A stretch of DNA of 64,000 bases from Escherichia phage vB_EcoS_HdH2. The translations under genes were made by a program, and so were the position numbers. The stretch lies in sequence record NC_048748.1. One strand, given 5' to 3'. Shown here in pieces: positions 1 to 7,229 of this stretch; within the stretch, counting starts at the first letter, position 1, and each line of letters opens with the position of its first letter. The notes under the pieces were generated by a model that was not told the origin of the DNA, searched no databases, and saw only the letters and a program-made list of their open reading frames with translations.

Positions 1-49
1 CGACCCGAAGCATCCAAGGCTCCCACGCTACCAACTGCGCTACGCACTG
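1..49 (-). tRNA. tRNA-Pro (anticodon UGG), 5' portion only, truncated by window edge
   Basis: Reverse complement gives acceptor CAGTGCG, D-arm GCGC-AGTTGGTA-GCGT, anticodon stem-loop GGAGC-CTTGGAT-GCTTC (U33, UGG, A37); T-arm and 3' end lie beyond position 1. Confidence 0.45.
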
Positions 50-70
50 TTAATTTTTGTTAACTCACTT

Positions 71-120
71 TATAAAATATATTATACAGATAATTAAGCA
101 TAATAGCAAATGAATTTTTA
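71..120 (-). promoter_or_regulatory. T5-type early sigma70 promoter (AT-rich upstream, -35 TTTGCT, extended -10 TGTATAAT)
   Basis: Member of a conserved motif family seen about 17 times in the window; reverse complement carries -35 and TGTATAAT followed by a TATAAA-type downstream box. Confidence 0.55.
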
Positions 121-257
121 ATAAATTTACTTATTGTGTAGGCCACCTGGAGGCTACCAACCCCACGGCTGACAAAGAAGTTTGCGAGACTTCTCTTAAA
201 AGCCAGAATAGACCCGCCGATCTATCGGAACCTACATAATAAGTAAACTTTATAGTG

Positions 258-379
258 TCATTCTAGACAGGATTCGAACCTGTTATCCCTTGTGCGGACT
301 TACGAGAACCCTTCTTTCACTCGAATCGAACGAGCTTCTGCCCTCGCCAAGTTGGTTTCCCCATCAACCACGCTAGAAT
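258..379 (-). tRNA. tRNA-like element with about 50-nt internal insertion (atypical or degenerate tRNA)
   Basis: Perfect 7-bp acceptor pairing ATTCTAG/CTAGAAT, D-arm TGGT-loop-ACCA, canonical T-arm ACAGG-TTCGAAT-CCTGT next to the 3' acceptor strand; the two halves are about 120 nt apart; no encoded CCA. Confidence 0.3.
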
Positions 380-501
380 GTTTGGTTGTTTTCAGTGCAA
401 GAGTCCGAGTCTTGGACACGACCGCTTCGCAAGTACATAGGCAGCTTATCATGAGTCAGCACTTCCGAATTGCTAGCTCCGTGTTCTGCACTGAAATTTT
501 A

Positions 502-849
502 TTAGTTTAACCGTAAAGTATTATCTACTTCAACATTAATTGTTCGGCATTCCTCTGGGATTGCTGGGGTGGCCTTGTATTCCCACCACTCAGCACCGTC
601 ATACTCCCCACGTTCTAGCCAAGTTCCATCGGCAAACCATACATTACCATAAAGTAATTGTCCACCGTATCCAGAATCATATTCAAAGTCTAGGTTATTA
701 AGAAAATCCTCAATATCTTCTTCTGTATAGCCTAAAGGTAGTACCCAAATTTTTTTATCCCCATAATACCCGAATTCTATTTTAATACACTTAACTTTAG
801 AATTGGTATTTTTTAAGGCGAGTAACAGCTCTTCTTTAGCATTACGCAT
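502..849 (-). CDS. hypothetical protein (115 aa)
   Basis: ORF immediately downstream of tRNA-Asp in the same transcription direction; no recognisable motif. Confidence 0.5.
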   Translation of the reverse strand: MRNAKEELLLALKNTNSKVKCIKIEFGYYGDKKIWVLPLGYTEEDIEDFLNNLDFEYDSGYGGQLLYGNVWFADGTWLERGEYDGAEWWEYKATPAIPEECRTINVEVDNTLRLN

Positions 850-874
850 AGTATATTCTCATACTGAATTAATT

Positions 875-951
875 TGGCGCGACCGATGGGATTTGAACCC
901 ACATTCCCTCCCGTGACAGGGGAGTACCATTACCAAGCCAGCCCCGGTCGC
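875..951 (-). tRNA. tRNA-Asp (anticodon GUC)
   Basis: Reverse complement GCGACCG...CGGTCGC-G-CCA; anticodon loop CTGTCAC; T-loop GGTTCAAATCC; CCA encoded. Confidence 0.75.
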
Positions 952-960
952 ATAATTTAT

Positions 961-1146
961 TTACTCAGCTTTGAGTTTTTCAATAGCTGCATTAAGTTCT
1001 TTAAGAAACTCTTTTCGTACATTAAGACGATTGAGACTTACTAGTATATCATGTTTAAGTTCTTCGATGTATTTCTTCTCAACTTCAATATTGTTGATAG
1101 TGCTATCACGATGAACTTCTAGCTGCGCAATCACATTCTTGGACAT
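961..1146 (-). CDS. hypothetical protein (61 aa, coiled-coil-like)
   Basis: ORF between two tRNA genes; charged helical composition. Confidence 0.4.
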   Translation of the reverse strand: MSKNVIAQLEVHRDSTINNIEVEKKYIEELKHDILVSLNRLNVRKEFLKELNAAIEKLKAE

Positions 1147-1248
1147 GCTTGTTTCCTCAGTTATTAATGAAAATGGTATCTGTGGCTGAATTCGATGTCA
1201 GCAATGATAGCTGGTTGGCTACCGGTTTACTTAACTCTACACAGAATT

Positions 1249-1331
1249 TGGCGGGCCGTGTAGGATTCGAACCTACGTTGTCTTTCGACATGGATTAACA
1301 GTCCACCGCCAAACCGCTTGGCTAACGACCC
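1249..1331 (-). tRNA. tRNA with Asn anticodon GUU but a 13-nt variable arm
   Basis: Acceptor GGGTCGT/ACGGCCC, anticodon stem GTGGA/TCCAT with loop CTGTTAA, variable arm GTC-GAAA-GAC, T-arm GTAGG-TTCGAAT-CCTAC, G-CCA 3' end. Confidence 0.6.
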
Positions 1332-1483
1332 TAAATTTATATTGCTGACTAGGATTTTCACCTAGACGGAGTTAGCACCGTAGCGTGTAGCGGCATACCT
1401 CTCCAAACCGTGCCTCATCTTTCAATTACGGAGACAGTGTTCCTACGCGTGCCTGAATTGATTTAACAATTCTTTCAGCAAAT

Positions 1484-1559
1484 TGGACGACCGCATGAGA
1501 TTTGAACTCACATAAAAAGGATTTGCAATCCTTCGCCTAAGCCATTCAGCCAACGGTCG
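1484..1559 (-). tRNA. tRNA-Cys (anticodon GCA)
   Basis: Acceptor CGACCGT/GCGGTCG, anticodon loop TTGCAAA, T-loop GTTCAAATC, T-CCA end. Confidence 0.7.
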
Positions 1560-1595
1560 GTTTATCTTGTTCTGTTATGTTGCTTCTCCAGTTCA

Positions 1596-1650
1596 ATTTA
1601 TGTAATTATTATACAGAACTTTCGGAAACTAAGCAACTACATTTTTTAAG
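1596..1650 (-). promoter_or_regulatory. T5-type early promoter upstream of tRNA-Cys
   Basis: Reverse complement has TTGCTT -35 and TGTATAATAAT extended -10 followed by CATAAATTG box. Confidence 0.55.
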
Positions 1651-1901
1651 AATTTGATGCCTTTCTTTTTCTTCTTATATTTCCACGTTAATGGATTCTG
1701 TCGATTATGAACGCTTGAGATCTTCGTCTCGTCAAAGTTCTTCAATATCATGTAATCACAAGATAATTGTTCTAGTGGAATGTGATCACCGTCAAAAGCA
1801 TATACATAAGGCTGTTGACTAGCACGATAATGATAGACTTTATTAATTCTACGTTTCAGCGACTTATCCGCGCAGTAAATAAAGAAGTTTTCAGGATGCA
1901 T
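1629..1901 (-). CDS. hypothetical protein (90 aa)
   Basis: ORF in early-region orientation; no recognisable domain. Confidence 0.45.
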   Translation of the reverse strand: MHPENFFIYCADKSLKRRINKVYHYRASQQPYVYAFDGDHIPLEQLSCDYMILKNFDETKISSVHNRQNPLTWKYKKKKKGIKFLKNVVA

Positions 1902-1918
1902 CAGCAGCTCCTTTAATT

Positions 1919-1993
1919 TGGTGCACCCTGTTCGTATCGAACGAACCTCTCAAGCTCTTCAGGCAAGCGCTAATCCATCTCAGCTAAAGGTGC
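1919..1993 (-). tRNA. tRNA-Phe-like (anticodon GAA) with two U-U mismatches in the anticodon stem
   Basis: Acceptor GCACCTT/AGGGTGC, D-stem GCTG/TAGC, anticodon loop CTGAAGA, T-arm GTTCG-TTCGATA-CGAAC, A-CCA end; not in the ORF track. Confidence 0.55.
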
Positions 1994-1998
1994 AAATT

Positions 1999-2078
1999 TT
2001 GGCAAACCTACTAGGACTCGAACCTAGACCGTACGGTTTTGGAGACCGACATGCTGTCCAGTAACACTCTAGGAATGC
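1999..2078 (-). tRNA. tRNA-like (possible Trp, anticodon CCA) with non-canonical acceptor stem
   Basis: Canonical T-arm CTAGG-TTCGAGT-CCTAG and G-CCA end, candidate anticodon loop CTCCAAA, but no clean 7-bp acceptor pairing could be drawn. Confidence 0.3.
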
Positions 2079-2084
2079 AGAAAT

Positions 2085-2161
2085 TGGCGTCCTGTGCGGG
2101 GATCGAACCCGCAAATCCTACCTTGAAAGGGTAGTGACTTTACCAGTTTGTCTAACAGGAC
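2085..2161 (-). tRNA. tRNA-Glu (anticodon UUC)
   Basis: Acceptor GTCCTGT/ACAGGAC, anticodon stem-loop CTACC-CTTTCAA-GGTAG, T-loop GGTTCGATCC, G-CCA end. Confidence 0.75.
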
Positions 2162-2168
2162 TTAAATT

Positions 2169-2259
2169 TGGTGTTGGATGATGGAGTCGAACCACCCGAG
2201 ACCCTTCCGAGTCGGCAGATTTACAGTCTGCTTCGCTACCTCTACGATACTAATCCAAC
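2169..2259 (-). tRNA. tRNA-Tyr (anticodon GUA), type II with long variable arm
   Basis: Acceptor GTTGGAT/ATCCAAC, anticodon stem-loop GCAGA-CTGTAAA-TCTGC, long variable arm, T-loop GGTTCGACTCC, A-CCA end. Confidence 0.7.
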
Positions 2260-2314
2260 ATATTTAAAAGTATTCAAATACTAGTTTAAACACTTTTAAA
2301 TATGTTTCCGAATT

Positions 2315-2360
2315 AGATAACTATTATACCAAGTTTTAAGGCACTGAGCAAGTCAAATTT
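2315..2360 (-). promoter_or_regulatory. early promoter upstream of tRNA-Tyr, overlapping a 12-bp-stem hairpin
   Basis: Reverse complement has TTGACTTGCT -35 and TGGTATAATAG -10; inverted repeat GCACTGAGCAAG...CTTGCTCAGTGC at about 2341-2380 just after the stop of the 2388-2663 gene. Confidence 0.5.
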
Positions 2361-2387
2361 TAAAGAACTTGCTCAGTGCTGTATTAG

Positions 2388-2663
2388 TTAGTCGAACTTA
2401 GGAGTGACAGTTAAGGAGAACGGAAGTTCGAAAACTTCTTCGCCCTCATTACTAACGGTAACTACACGACCTTTAAGTTCAGACATTAAAATATCAATAT
2501 CAGCTTTTGCATCTGGAGCCATGCCAGCTTCAATACATTTAGCTTTAACTTCCGGTAAAAGCTCTACGTTATAGAGATAGAGCCACTCAATCTCACCTTC
2601 CCAGTCTTCCCAGGATTTGCAGATTGCACTTTCAATACCAGTTGCTACAACACGATTTTGCAT
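2388..2663 (-). CDS. hypothetical protein (91 aa)
   Basis: ORF with GAAGGAG RBS and upstream early promoter (2684-2730). Confidence 0.55.
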   Translation of the reverse strand: MQNRVVATGIESAICKSWEDWEGEIEWLYLYNVELLPEVKAKCIEAGMAPDAKADIDILMSELKGRVVTVSNEGEEVFELPFSLTVTPKFD

Positions 2664-2753
2664 TCGTTAACTCCTTCATCAATTTATACAACTATTATAT
2701 CAGAAATTTAAAGCAAAAGGCAAGTACATTTTTAAAAATTCTGTTTGGAGGAG

Positions 2754-2960
2754 CTAAACTCCAGATTCTTCAGCTAAGTCTAGACTAATAAGAGTTATAG
2801 CCATAATTGCTGCACCGTGTTCTTTTTCTCCGGTGTTTTTAGCAGAGTCTATAATATCCTTAATCTGTTCGTAATAACTTTTTACTTCTTGTTCAATGCC
2901 TGCCTCGGCTATCATGCCTTTAGCCATGAATCGTTGCATGGTAATTTCAGGATTAGCCAT
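2754..2960 (-). CDS. hypothetical protein (68 aa)
   Basis: ORF in operon orientation; start overlaps the stop of an upstream small ORF (ATGGCTAA). Confidence 0.45.
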   Translation of the reverse strand: MANPEITMQRFMAKGMIAEAGIEQEVKSYYEQIKDIIDSAKNTGEKEHGAAIMAITLISLDLAEESGV

Positions 2961-3120
2961 GTTGTTTCTCCAGTTTCATTTTTAATAGTTTACAGAGGAA
3001 ATCAACGTCTTCATCTGTGCCTAAGTCTCTATCCTCAAGGGTCGCCTTGAAGTTTTTCGTCAATTCCATGAGGATGACTTCCCTAGAACGACGTGTTAGC
3101 GGAGGTGGATGTCTATACAT
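2957..3120 (-). CDS. small hypothetical protein (about 54 aa), below the ORF-track threshold
   Basis: ATG at about 3118-3120 just downstream of the tRNA at 3136-3212; stop overlaps the next start. Confidence 0.35.
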
Positions 3121-3135
3121 CTTATTTCCTTAATT

Positions 3136-3212
3136 TGGTAGGGGTGGTGGGATTCGAACCCACAAAACCTGAATTTTAAGTCCAGTACCTATGCCAATTC
3201 GATTACACCCCC
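3136..3212 (-). tRNA. tRNA with anticodon UAA (Leu by anticodon) but a short 5-nt variable arm
   Basis: Acceptor GGGGGTG/CACCCCT, anticodon stem-loop CTGGA-CTTAAAA-TTCAG, T-arm GTGGG-TTCGAAT-CCCAC, A-CCA end. Confidence 0.55.
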
Positions 3213-3428
3213 GTGTAATTTAGTCAATTACTTTTGAAGCTTCAAGGTAGTCGATATAGTGTACGTTTTCTACCGTAATCATATAATCTGCCACTTTATC
3301 CATAGCTTGGGCTTCAGAGGTAGCTCTGGCTAACCTATATCCTTTTTTATATTCATCAGGGTATTCTCTATCTTGAATAAACACAACATAAACTATGTAT
3401 AATTCCACTTGTAATCCCCTAATTAAGT

Positions 3429-3506
3429 TGGTGGCTCCCCGAGGATTCGAACCTACGTACCTTCCGGTTATGAGCCGGGTGCTCATACCATATGAGCTTG
3501 AGAACC
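3429..3506 (-). tRNA. tRNA-Met/Ile-like (anticodon CAU) with imperfect T-stem
   Basis: Acceptor GGTTCTC/GGGAGCC, D-stem GCTC/GAGC, anticodon loop CTCATAA, T-loop TTCGAAT with two mismatches at the base of the T-stem, A-CCA end. Confidence 0.45.
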
Positions 3507-3512
3507 AGAATT

Positions 3513-3601
3513 TGGCGGAAGAAGTGGGAATCGAACCCACAAGGCTATATTTCAAACCGACAGATTAGCAATCTGCTGCAATACCGTTATGCTATTCTTC
3601 C
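3513..3601 (-). tRNA. tRNA-Ser (anticodon GCU), type II
   Basis: Acceptor GGAAGAA/TTCTTCC, anticodon stem-loop GCAGA-TTGCTAA-TCTGT, long variable arm, T-loop GGTTCGATTCC, G-CCA end; early promoter directly upstream (3603-3660). Confidence 0.7.
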
Positions 3602-3621
3602 GAATTTATAAATATATTATA

Positions 3622-4140
3622 TTAGAAATTTAACTTCATAGCAAGAAAATTTTTCAAGTTTTCGGTAGACATCTCATCCACATCTATAGGAGAAACAAAC
3701 CCATTTAATTGTCTAGCAAACTTTTCGCCAGCAGGATCATTATCCCCAACAGCTACCAATTTAAAAGGTAGTAATTTCAATTGCTTTAACAACGCTTTTC
3801 CGGGGGAAGAACCCAACATTGCTAGGGCAGGATAACCAGCGTTATGTAACGCAACTGCCTTAAATACAGATTCAGCAATCAATACTACTTTTTCATCTCC
3901 ATTGAGAGTTTCTAGTCCCCATACACACTGTGTAGTAGAATAAGTAAAATATTTAGCCTCAAAGGGACACTTACCATGACCTTTTGGAGCAGAAGGATTA
4001 TAAGTCTGATAGCCTCTCAACATCCCAGAGAAGTCATACAATGGGACTGTTAGCCAGCCTTCTGGGCTTAACCAGCAATGATATTTATCTGTATCAAACC
4101 CTCTAGATAAGAGATGTTCTGTTAGTTCATCAACAGTCAT
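3622..4140 (-). CDS. Toprim-domain protein (primase/topoisomerase-like fold)
   Basis: Acidic motif LIAESVFKAVAL ... VAVGDNDPAGEKFA typical of Toprim; start moved to the internal ATG (MTVDELTE) that sits behind RBS GAGAGG and the promoter at 4155-4205. Confidence 0.45.
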   Translation of the reverse strand: MTVDELTEHLLSRGFDTDKYHCWLSPEGWLTVPLYDFSGMLRGYQTYNPSAPKGHGKCPFEAKYFTYSTTQCVWGLETLNGDEKVVLIAESVFKAVALHNAGYPALAMLGSSPGKALLKQLKLLPFKLVAVGDNDPAGEKFARQLNGFVSPIDVDEMSTENLKNFLAMKLNF

Positions 4141-4313
4141 ATTAGATTCCTCTCTCAAATTTATAAATATATTATACAGAGAATTTAGCATTCAAGCAAT
4201 TGAATTTTTTAACTTTTTAGAGGAAAATCATAGGATGCTTAAGGGTAGCAGATAAGTGGTGAGTACCGAAATTTGTGACCCCACTAAAAATCTGGGGGCA
4301 ATTTTTAAAGACC

Positions 4314-4345
4314 CCTTGACATTTTCGCCGGGGTAGTGTAAAGTA
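4314..4345 (+). promoter_or_regulatory. consensus-like sigma70 promoter (TTGACA, 17-nt spacer, TAAAGT) driving the plus-strand cassette
   Basis: -35 TTGACA at 4316-4321 and -10 TAAAGT at 4339-4344; shares the 15-mer TTGACATTTTCGCCG with the promoter at 33382. Confidence 0.6.
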
Positions 4346-4406
4346 TATGTTATGGATGAGTGATCAAAGAGACACACATTTTCTATATACTAGGAGGTGT
4401 CAAAAA

Positions 4407-5396
4407 ATGACAGAAGAAGTAGCTAAGAGTCCTGAAACCGTCGCTAGCGTAGCAGCAGAACTGCATCGTCACGAGGAATCAGATAAGAAAAAGTGGGAGA
4501 AAGTCAAAGCCTACGAAGAAGAACATCGTGAACACGATGATAAAGATGAAGAAGATGACGATGATGAACATTGTCATAAATATGGAAAACATAAAATGCA
4601 AGAACCAGTAAACGTATTTACTAACGGCTTCCCTGGCATGGGTGCATTCCCAGCTAACGCAAGTGCTTTCGGTGGAGAAGGTATGGGCCTATTCGGAGCT
4701 ATCCTAATCGGTGCTCTATTAACAGGCGGATTTGGTGGTTTCGGTGGATTCGGTGGACGTGGTGTAGTTAGTGATGGTACCGCAGTTGATGCAGTACTTC
4801 AGAACCAAGATACCGCTAGTATTCTAGCAGCTATTAACACTACTCGTACAGAAGCTAATCAGGGTACTGGAGCTGTTTTAAGCGCAGTTAACAATGGTTT
4901 TAGCCAGACATCCCAAAACCAGAGCCGTGATACTCAGTCTGTACTAACTACGATCTATGGTACAGGTGCTAATCTGTCTAATCAGATCTGCCAGGAAACT
5001 CGCAACGTTATTCAGGGTCAGTTCGATCTTTCTCGCCAGATTGATCAATCTTTCGCAGCTAACCAGATAGCTCGTGCACAAGATAAGTTTGATTCTGCAC
5101 AGATCGCTTTCCAGCAGACTTTACAAACTAATAACCAGTTTGCCGCTGTTCAGGCTCAGATGTGTGCTAACCAGAACTCTCTGGAACGTCAGATCGCTGA
5201 ATGTTGCTGTGAACTTCAGACTGCGATCGCTGGTGTAACTACTGCGCGTATCCAGGATGAGTTAGACGCATGTCGCCTACGTGAAGCAATCGCTGCGGGT
5301 AGCGGTGCTAACGGTCAGGTAATTAATCAAATCGCTTTAAGTCTTGGTGCTATCACTCAGACTCTGGCTGGTCTGCAGGCTAAACTGCCGGCTTAA
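4407..5396 (+). CDS. hypothetical membrane-anchored protein: acidic His-rich N-terminus, Gly-rich TM helix, Q/N-rich C-terminal domain with CCC motif
   Basis: ORF with AGGAGGTG RBS before ATG 4407; hydrophobic segment GLFGAILIGALLTGGFGGFGGFGG; codon usage resembles highly expressed genes; opposite strand to its neighbours. Confidence 0.55.
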   Translation: MTEEVAKSPETVASVAAELHRHEESDKKKWEKVKAYEEEHREHDDKDEEDDDDEHCHKYGKHKMQEPVNVFTNGFPGMGAFPANASAFGGEGMGLFGAILIGALLTGGFGGFGGFGGRGVVSDGTAVDAVLQNQDTASILAAINTTRTEANQGTGAVLSAVNNGFSQTSQNQSRDTQSVLTTIYGTGANLSNQICQETRNVIQGQFDLSRQIDQSFAANQIARAQDKFDSAQIAFQQTLQTNNQFAAVQAQMCANQNSLERQIAECCCELQTAIAGVTTARIQDELDACRLREAIAAGSGANGQVINQIALSLGAITQTLAGLQAKLPA

Positions 5397-5417
5397 TATT
5401 AAGGGGAGGAGCCCATT

Positions 5418-5837
5418 ATGAGTAAATATGGTTTTGTAAATAACGGACTTAATCAAAGTATGGGCTCCCAGCAGCCCATTCCGGGTCTGGATAATCCCTA
5501 CTTACAACAGTTGCAACAGCGTTTAGCAGAAGCGCAACAGATGCAGCAACAACTCCAGCAAAACCCTGGAAGTGTGAGTCCTATGCAAATGATGCAGCAA
5601 ATGAGTGGGCAGTCGCAAATGCCTCAACAAATGCAGCAACAGATGCCGCAGCAGCAGCAAGTTCAGCAACAAACCCATCAACCGCAGGTTTCTGCGGAAG
5701 GACAGGCAGTACTAGCCCTTTTCGAAGACTTCGCAAAGACAGAGGATGGGAAGCAGCTTGTATCACTTATGGGTAAGTTTAATAGCTTCTGCCAAAGCCA
5801 AATTGCAAAAGCTCAAAATAGCGGTGATAACTCCTAA
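5418..5837 (+). CDS. hypothetical glutamine-rich low-complexity protein (139 aa)
   Basis: ORF with GGGGAGGAG RBS; extremely Q-rich (QQMQQQLQQ, MPQQMQQQMPQQQQVQQQ). Confidence 0.5.
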   Translation: MSKYGFVNNGLNQSMGSQQPIPGLDNPYLQQLQQRLAEAQQMQQQLQQNPGSVSPMQMMQQMSGQSQMPQQMQQQMPQQQQVQQQTHQPQVSAEGQAVLALFEDFAKTEDGKQLVSLMGKFNSFCQSQIAKAQNSGDNS

Positions 5838-5846
5838 GGAGGAATT

Positions 5847-6041
5847 ATGTGTTGCAGAAAATCTGTTTCGTGCTGCCCAATGCCTGTAGCACGTTGTTGC
5901 TCTCCAGCAATGTTTACGCAAATACCGGCGTTCAATCCGTTTGCCTTTAAGCCTACTCTTATCCTGCCCCCTAGAGTAGATTTTCAGTCAAGATTGGCCT
6001 CCCGTATGGGTGGTTGCTGTAACAAGAGTATATGGTTCTAA
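5847..6041 (+). CDS. hypothetical Cys-rich small protein (64 aa) with four CC doublets
   Basis: ORF with AGGAGG RBS directly after the previous gene; CC at residues 2-3, 9-10, 17-18 and 57-58; followed by terminators. Confidence 0.4.
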   Translation: MCCRKSVSCCPMPVARCCSPAMFTQIPAFNPFAFKPTLILPPRVDFQSRLASRMGGCCNKSIWF

Positions 6042-6056
6042 AGAACCAAACAATAA

Positions 6057-6090
6057 AGCCCCTAGTCGAAAGACTTAGGGGCTTTTTCTT
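6057..6090 (+). terminator. rho-independent terminator ending the plus-strand cassette
   Basis: Hairpin AGCCCCTAGTC-GAAA-GACTTAGGGGCT followed by TTTTT. Confidence 0.65.
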
Positions 6091-6107
6091 TTGCCTTAAA
6101 ATACAGA

Positions 6108-6140
6108 AAAGCCCGCGCTCTCGGAGAAAACGCGGGCTTA
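6108..6140 (-). terminator. rho-independent terminator after the SPFH gene (hairpin shared with the plus-strand cassette end)
   Basis: Inverted repeat AAGCCCGCG...CGCGGGCTT; on the minus strand it is followed by TTTTCTGTATTTT. Confidence 0.55.
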
Positions 6141-6162
6141 GTTCGAAGATTACGTGTAACTA

Positions 6163-7110
6163 TTACTTGTTACGCATATCCATGATCATTTGACCATCAT
6201 AGCCAGTGCCAACTACAGTCTGAGGTACACCACCTTGATATTTCTGAGCACGAATCATCTCAACTTCCAGTTGTTTCCAACGAATCATCTCAGGAGTAAT
6301 GGTACGTTGTAGTGCGGCGTTAGCTTCAGCTTCTTTCTTAGCTGCGTACAGTTTAGCATCTGCGTCACGTTCATTAGCAATAGCTTGGTTATTGCGAGCT
6401 TCACGATCTGCTTCTGCTTGTTTAACTTTTTGCTGTGCTTCCTGTTCAACGCGGGCAAGTTCAGCTTTCGCAGCGTTAACTTGCTCTTCACGAACTTTGG
6501 TATTCTGTACCTGTTCCATGATTACCGGTGGCAAAGTAATATCCTGAAGAAACACCTGCTTAACTGTGTAACCATATGGGCGTGCATACTCTTCAACTTC
6601 CTGTTGAATTGCAGTTTGCAATTGAGCCTGAATTTTAGCATCAAACAAATCTTGTGCTTTAGGTACAGACTTACCAAACTCACGAATAGTAGACAGTAAT
6701 TTTTCAGTTACATATTTGTCTAACGCTTGATCCTGAGTACCTGCATTAATACGGTTAATCGGTGCCTTAGAACCATCAAACTGCAACATAACAGTCAGGT
6801 CAACAGTGGATTTAAACTTATCCTGACTAGGGACCTGAAGTTTATCTAATTTTAGAGCAATATCTTTAGTACTAAAAGTATCGAAAGAAGCAAAAGGATT
6901 TACAATATGAAAGCCGGGTAATACTGGGCTAGGGTCAACCTTACCCAGGAAGGTCTGGGTTTTAACAGTACCGTCTTGAACAACAGTGTAAGAGTTAAGA
7001 GCCAGAACTAAACCTACCAAACCAACTGCAGCCCCAATACCCCAACGTTTGATATTACGCATTAATTTTTGCTCATAAGTCAGTTCTTTAGTGTTTTTAG
7101 TAGCAAACAT
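6163..7110 (-). CDS. SPFH/band-7 family membrane protein (HflC/stomatin-like)
   Basis: N-terminal TM helix (IGAAVGLVGLVLAL), SPFH-like core (YTVVQDGTVKTQTFLGKV), charged Ala/Glu/Gln-rich coiled-coil tail; RBS AAAGGAAAT; directly downstream of tRNA-Arg. Confidence 0.6.
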   Translation of the reverse strand: MFATKNTKELTYEQKLMRNIKRWGIGAAVGLVGLVLALNSYTVVQDGTVKTQTFLGKVDPSPVLPGFHIVNPFASFDTFSTKDIALKLDKLQVPSQDKFKSTVDLTVMLQFDGSKAPINRINAGTQDQALDKYVTEKLLSTIREFGKSVPKAQDLFDAKIQAQLQTAIQQEVEEYARPYGYTVKQVFLQDITLPPVIMEQVQNTKVREEQVNAAKAELARVEQEAQQKVKQAEADREARNNQAIANERDADAKLYAAKKEAEANAALQRTITPEMIRWKQLEVEMIRAQKYQGGVPQTVVGTGYDGQMIMDMRNK

Positions 7111-7144
7111 ATATTTCCTTTATTTTAGTTACAGTTAATAAAAT

Positions 7145-7219
7145 TGGCCGAGGTGACAGGATTCGAACCTGCATAAAGGAATTTAGAAGACTCCTGCCTC
7201 TCCCTTAGACTACACCCCG
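7145..7219 (-). tRNA. tRNA-Arg (anticodon UCU)
   Basis: Acceptor CGGGGTG/CACCTCG, anticodon stem-loop GGAGT-CTTCTAA-ATTCC, T-arm GCAGG-TTCGAAT-CCTGT, G-CCA end. Confidence 0.7.
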
Positions 7220-7229
7220 TTTAAGTATT

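Noticed and set aside
292-510. Plus-strand ORF (72 aa) at the start of the window
   Set aside because: Overlaps the minus-strand tRNA-like element and lies antisense to the local transcription direction; no RBS or promoter; likely spurious.
3220-3555. Minus-strand ORF (111 aa) spanning two tRNA genes
   Set aside because: Its reading frame runs straight through the tRNA-Met-like and tRNA-Ser genes; the amino-acid string mirrors tRNA sequence rather than protein-like composition.
6285-6699. Three overlapping ORFs inside the SPFH gene
   Set aside because: Alternative frames and antisense of a well-supported gene; low-complexity translations produced by the Ala/Gln/Glu-rich coiled-coil codons.
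1-7219. tRNA cluster considered as a prophage or genomic-island integration site
   Set aside because: The tRNAs are part of a phage-encoded array interleaved with phage early promoters and small ORFs; no integrase, attachment repeats or host flanking genes are present.
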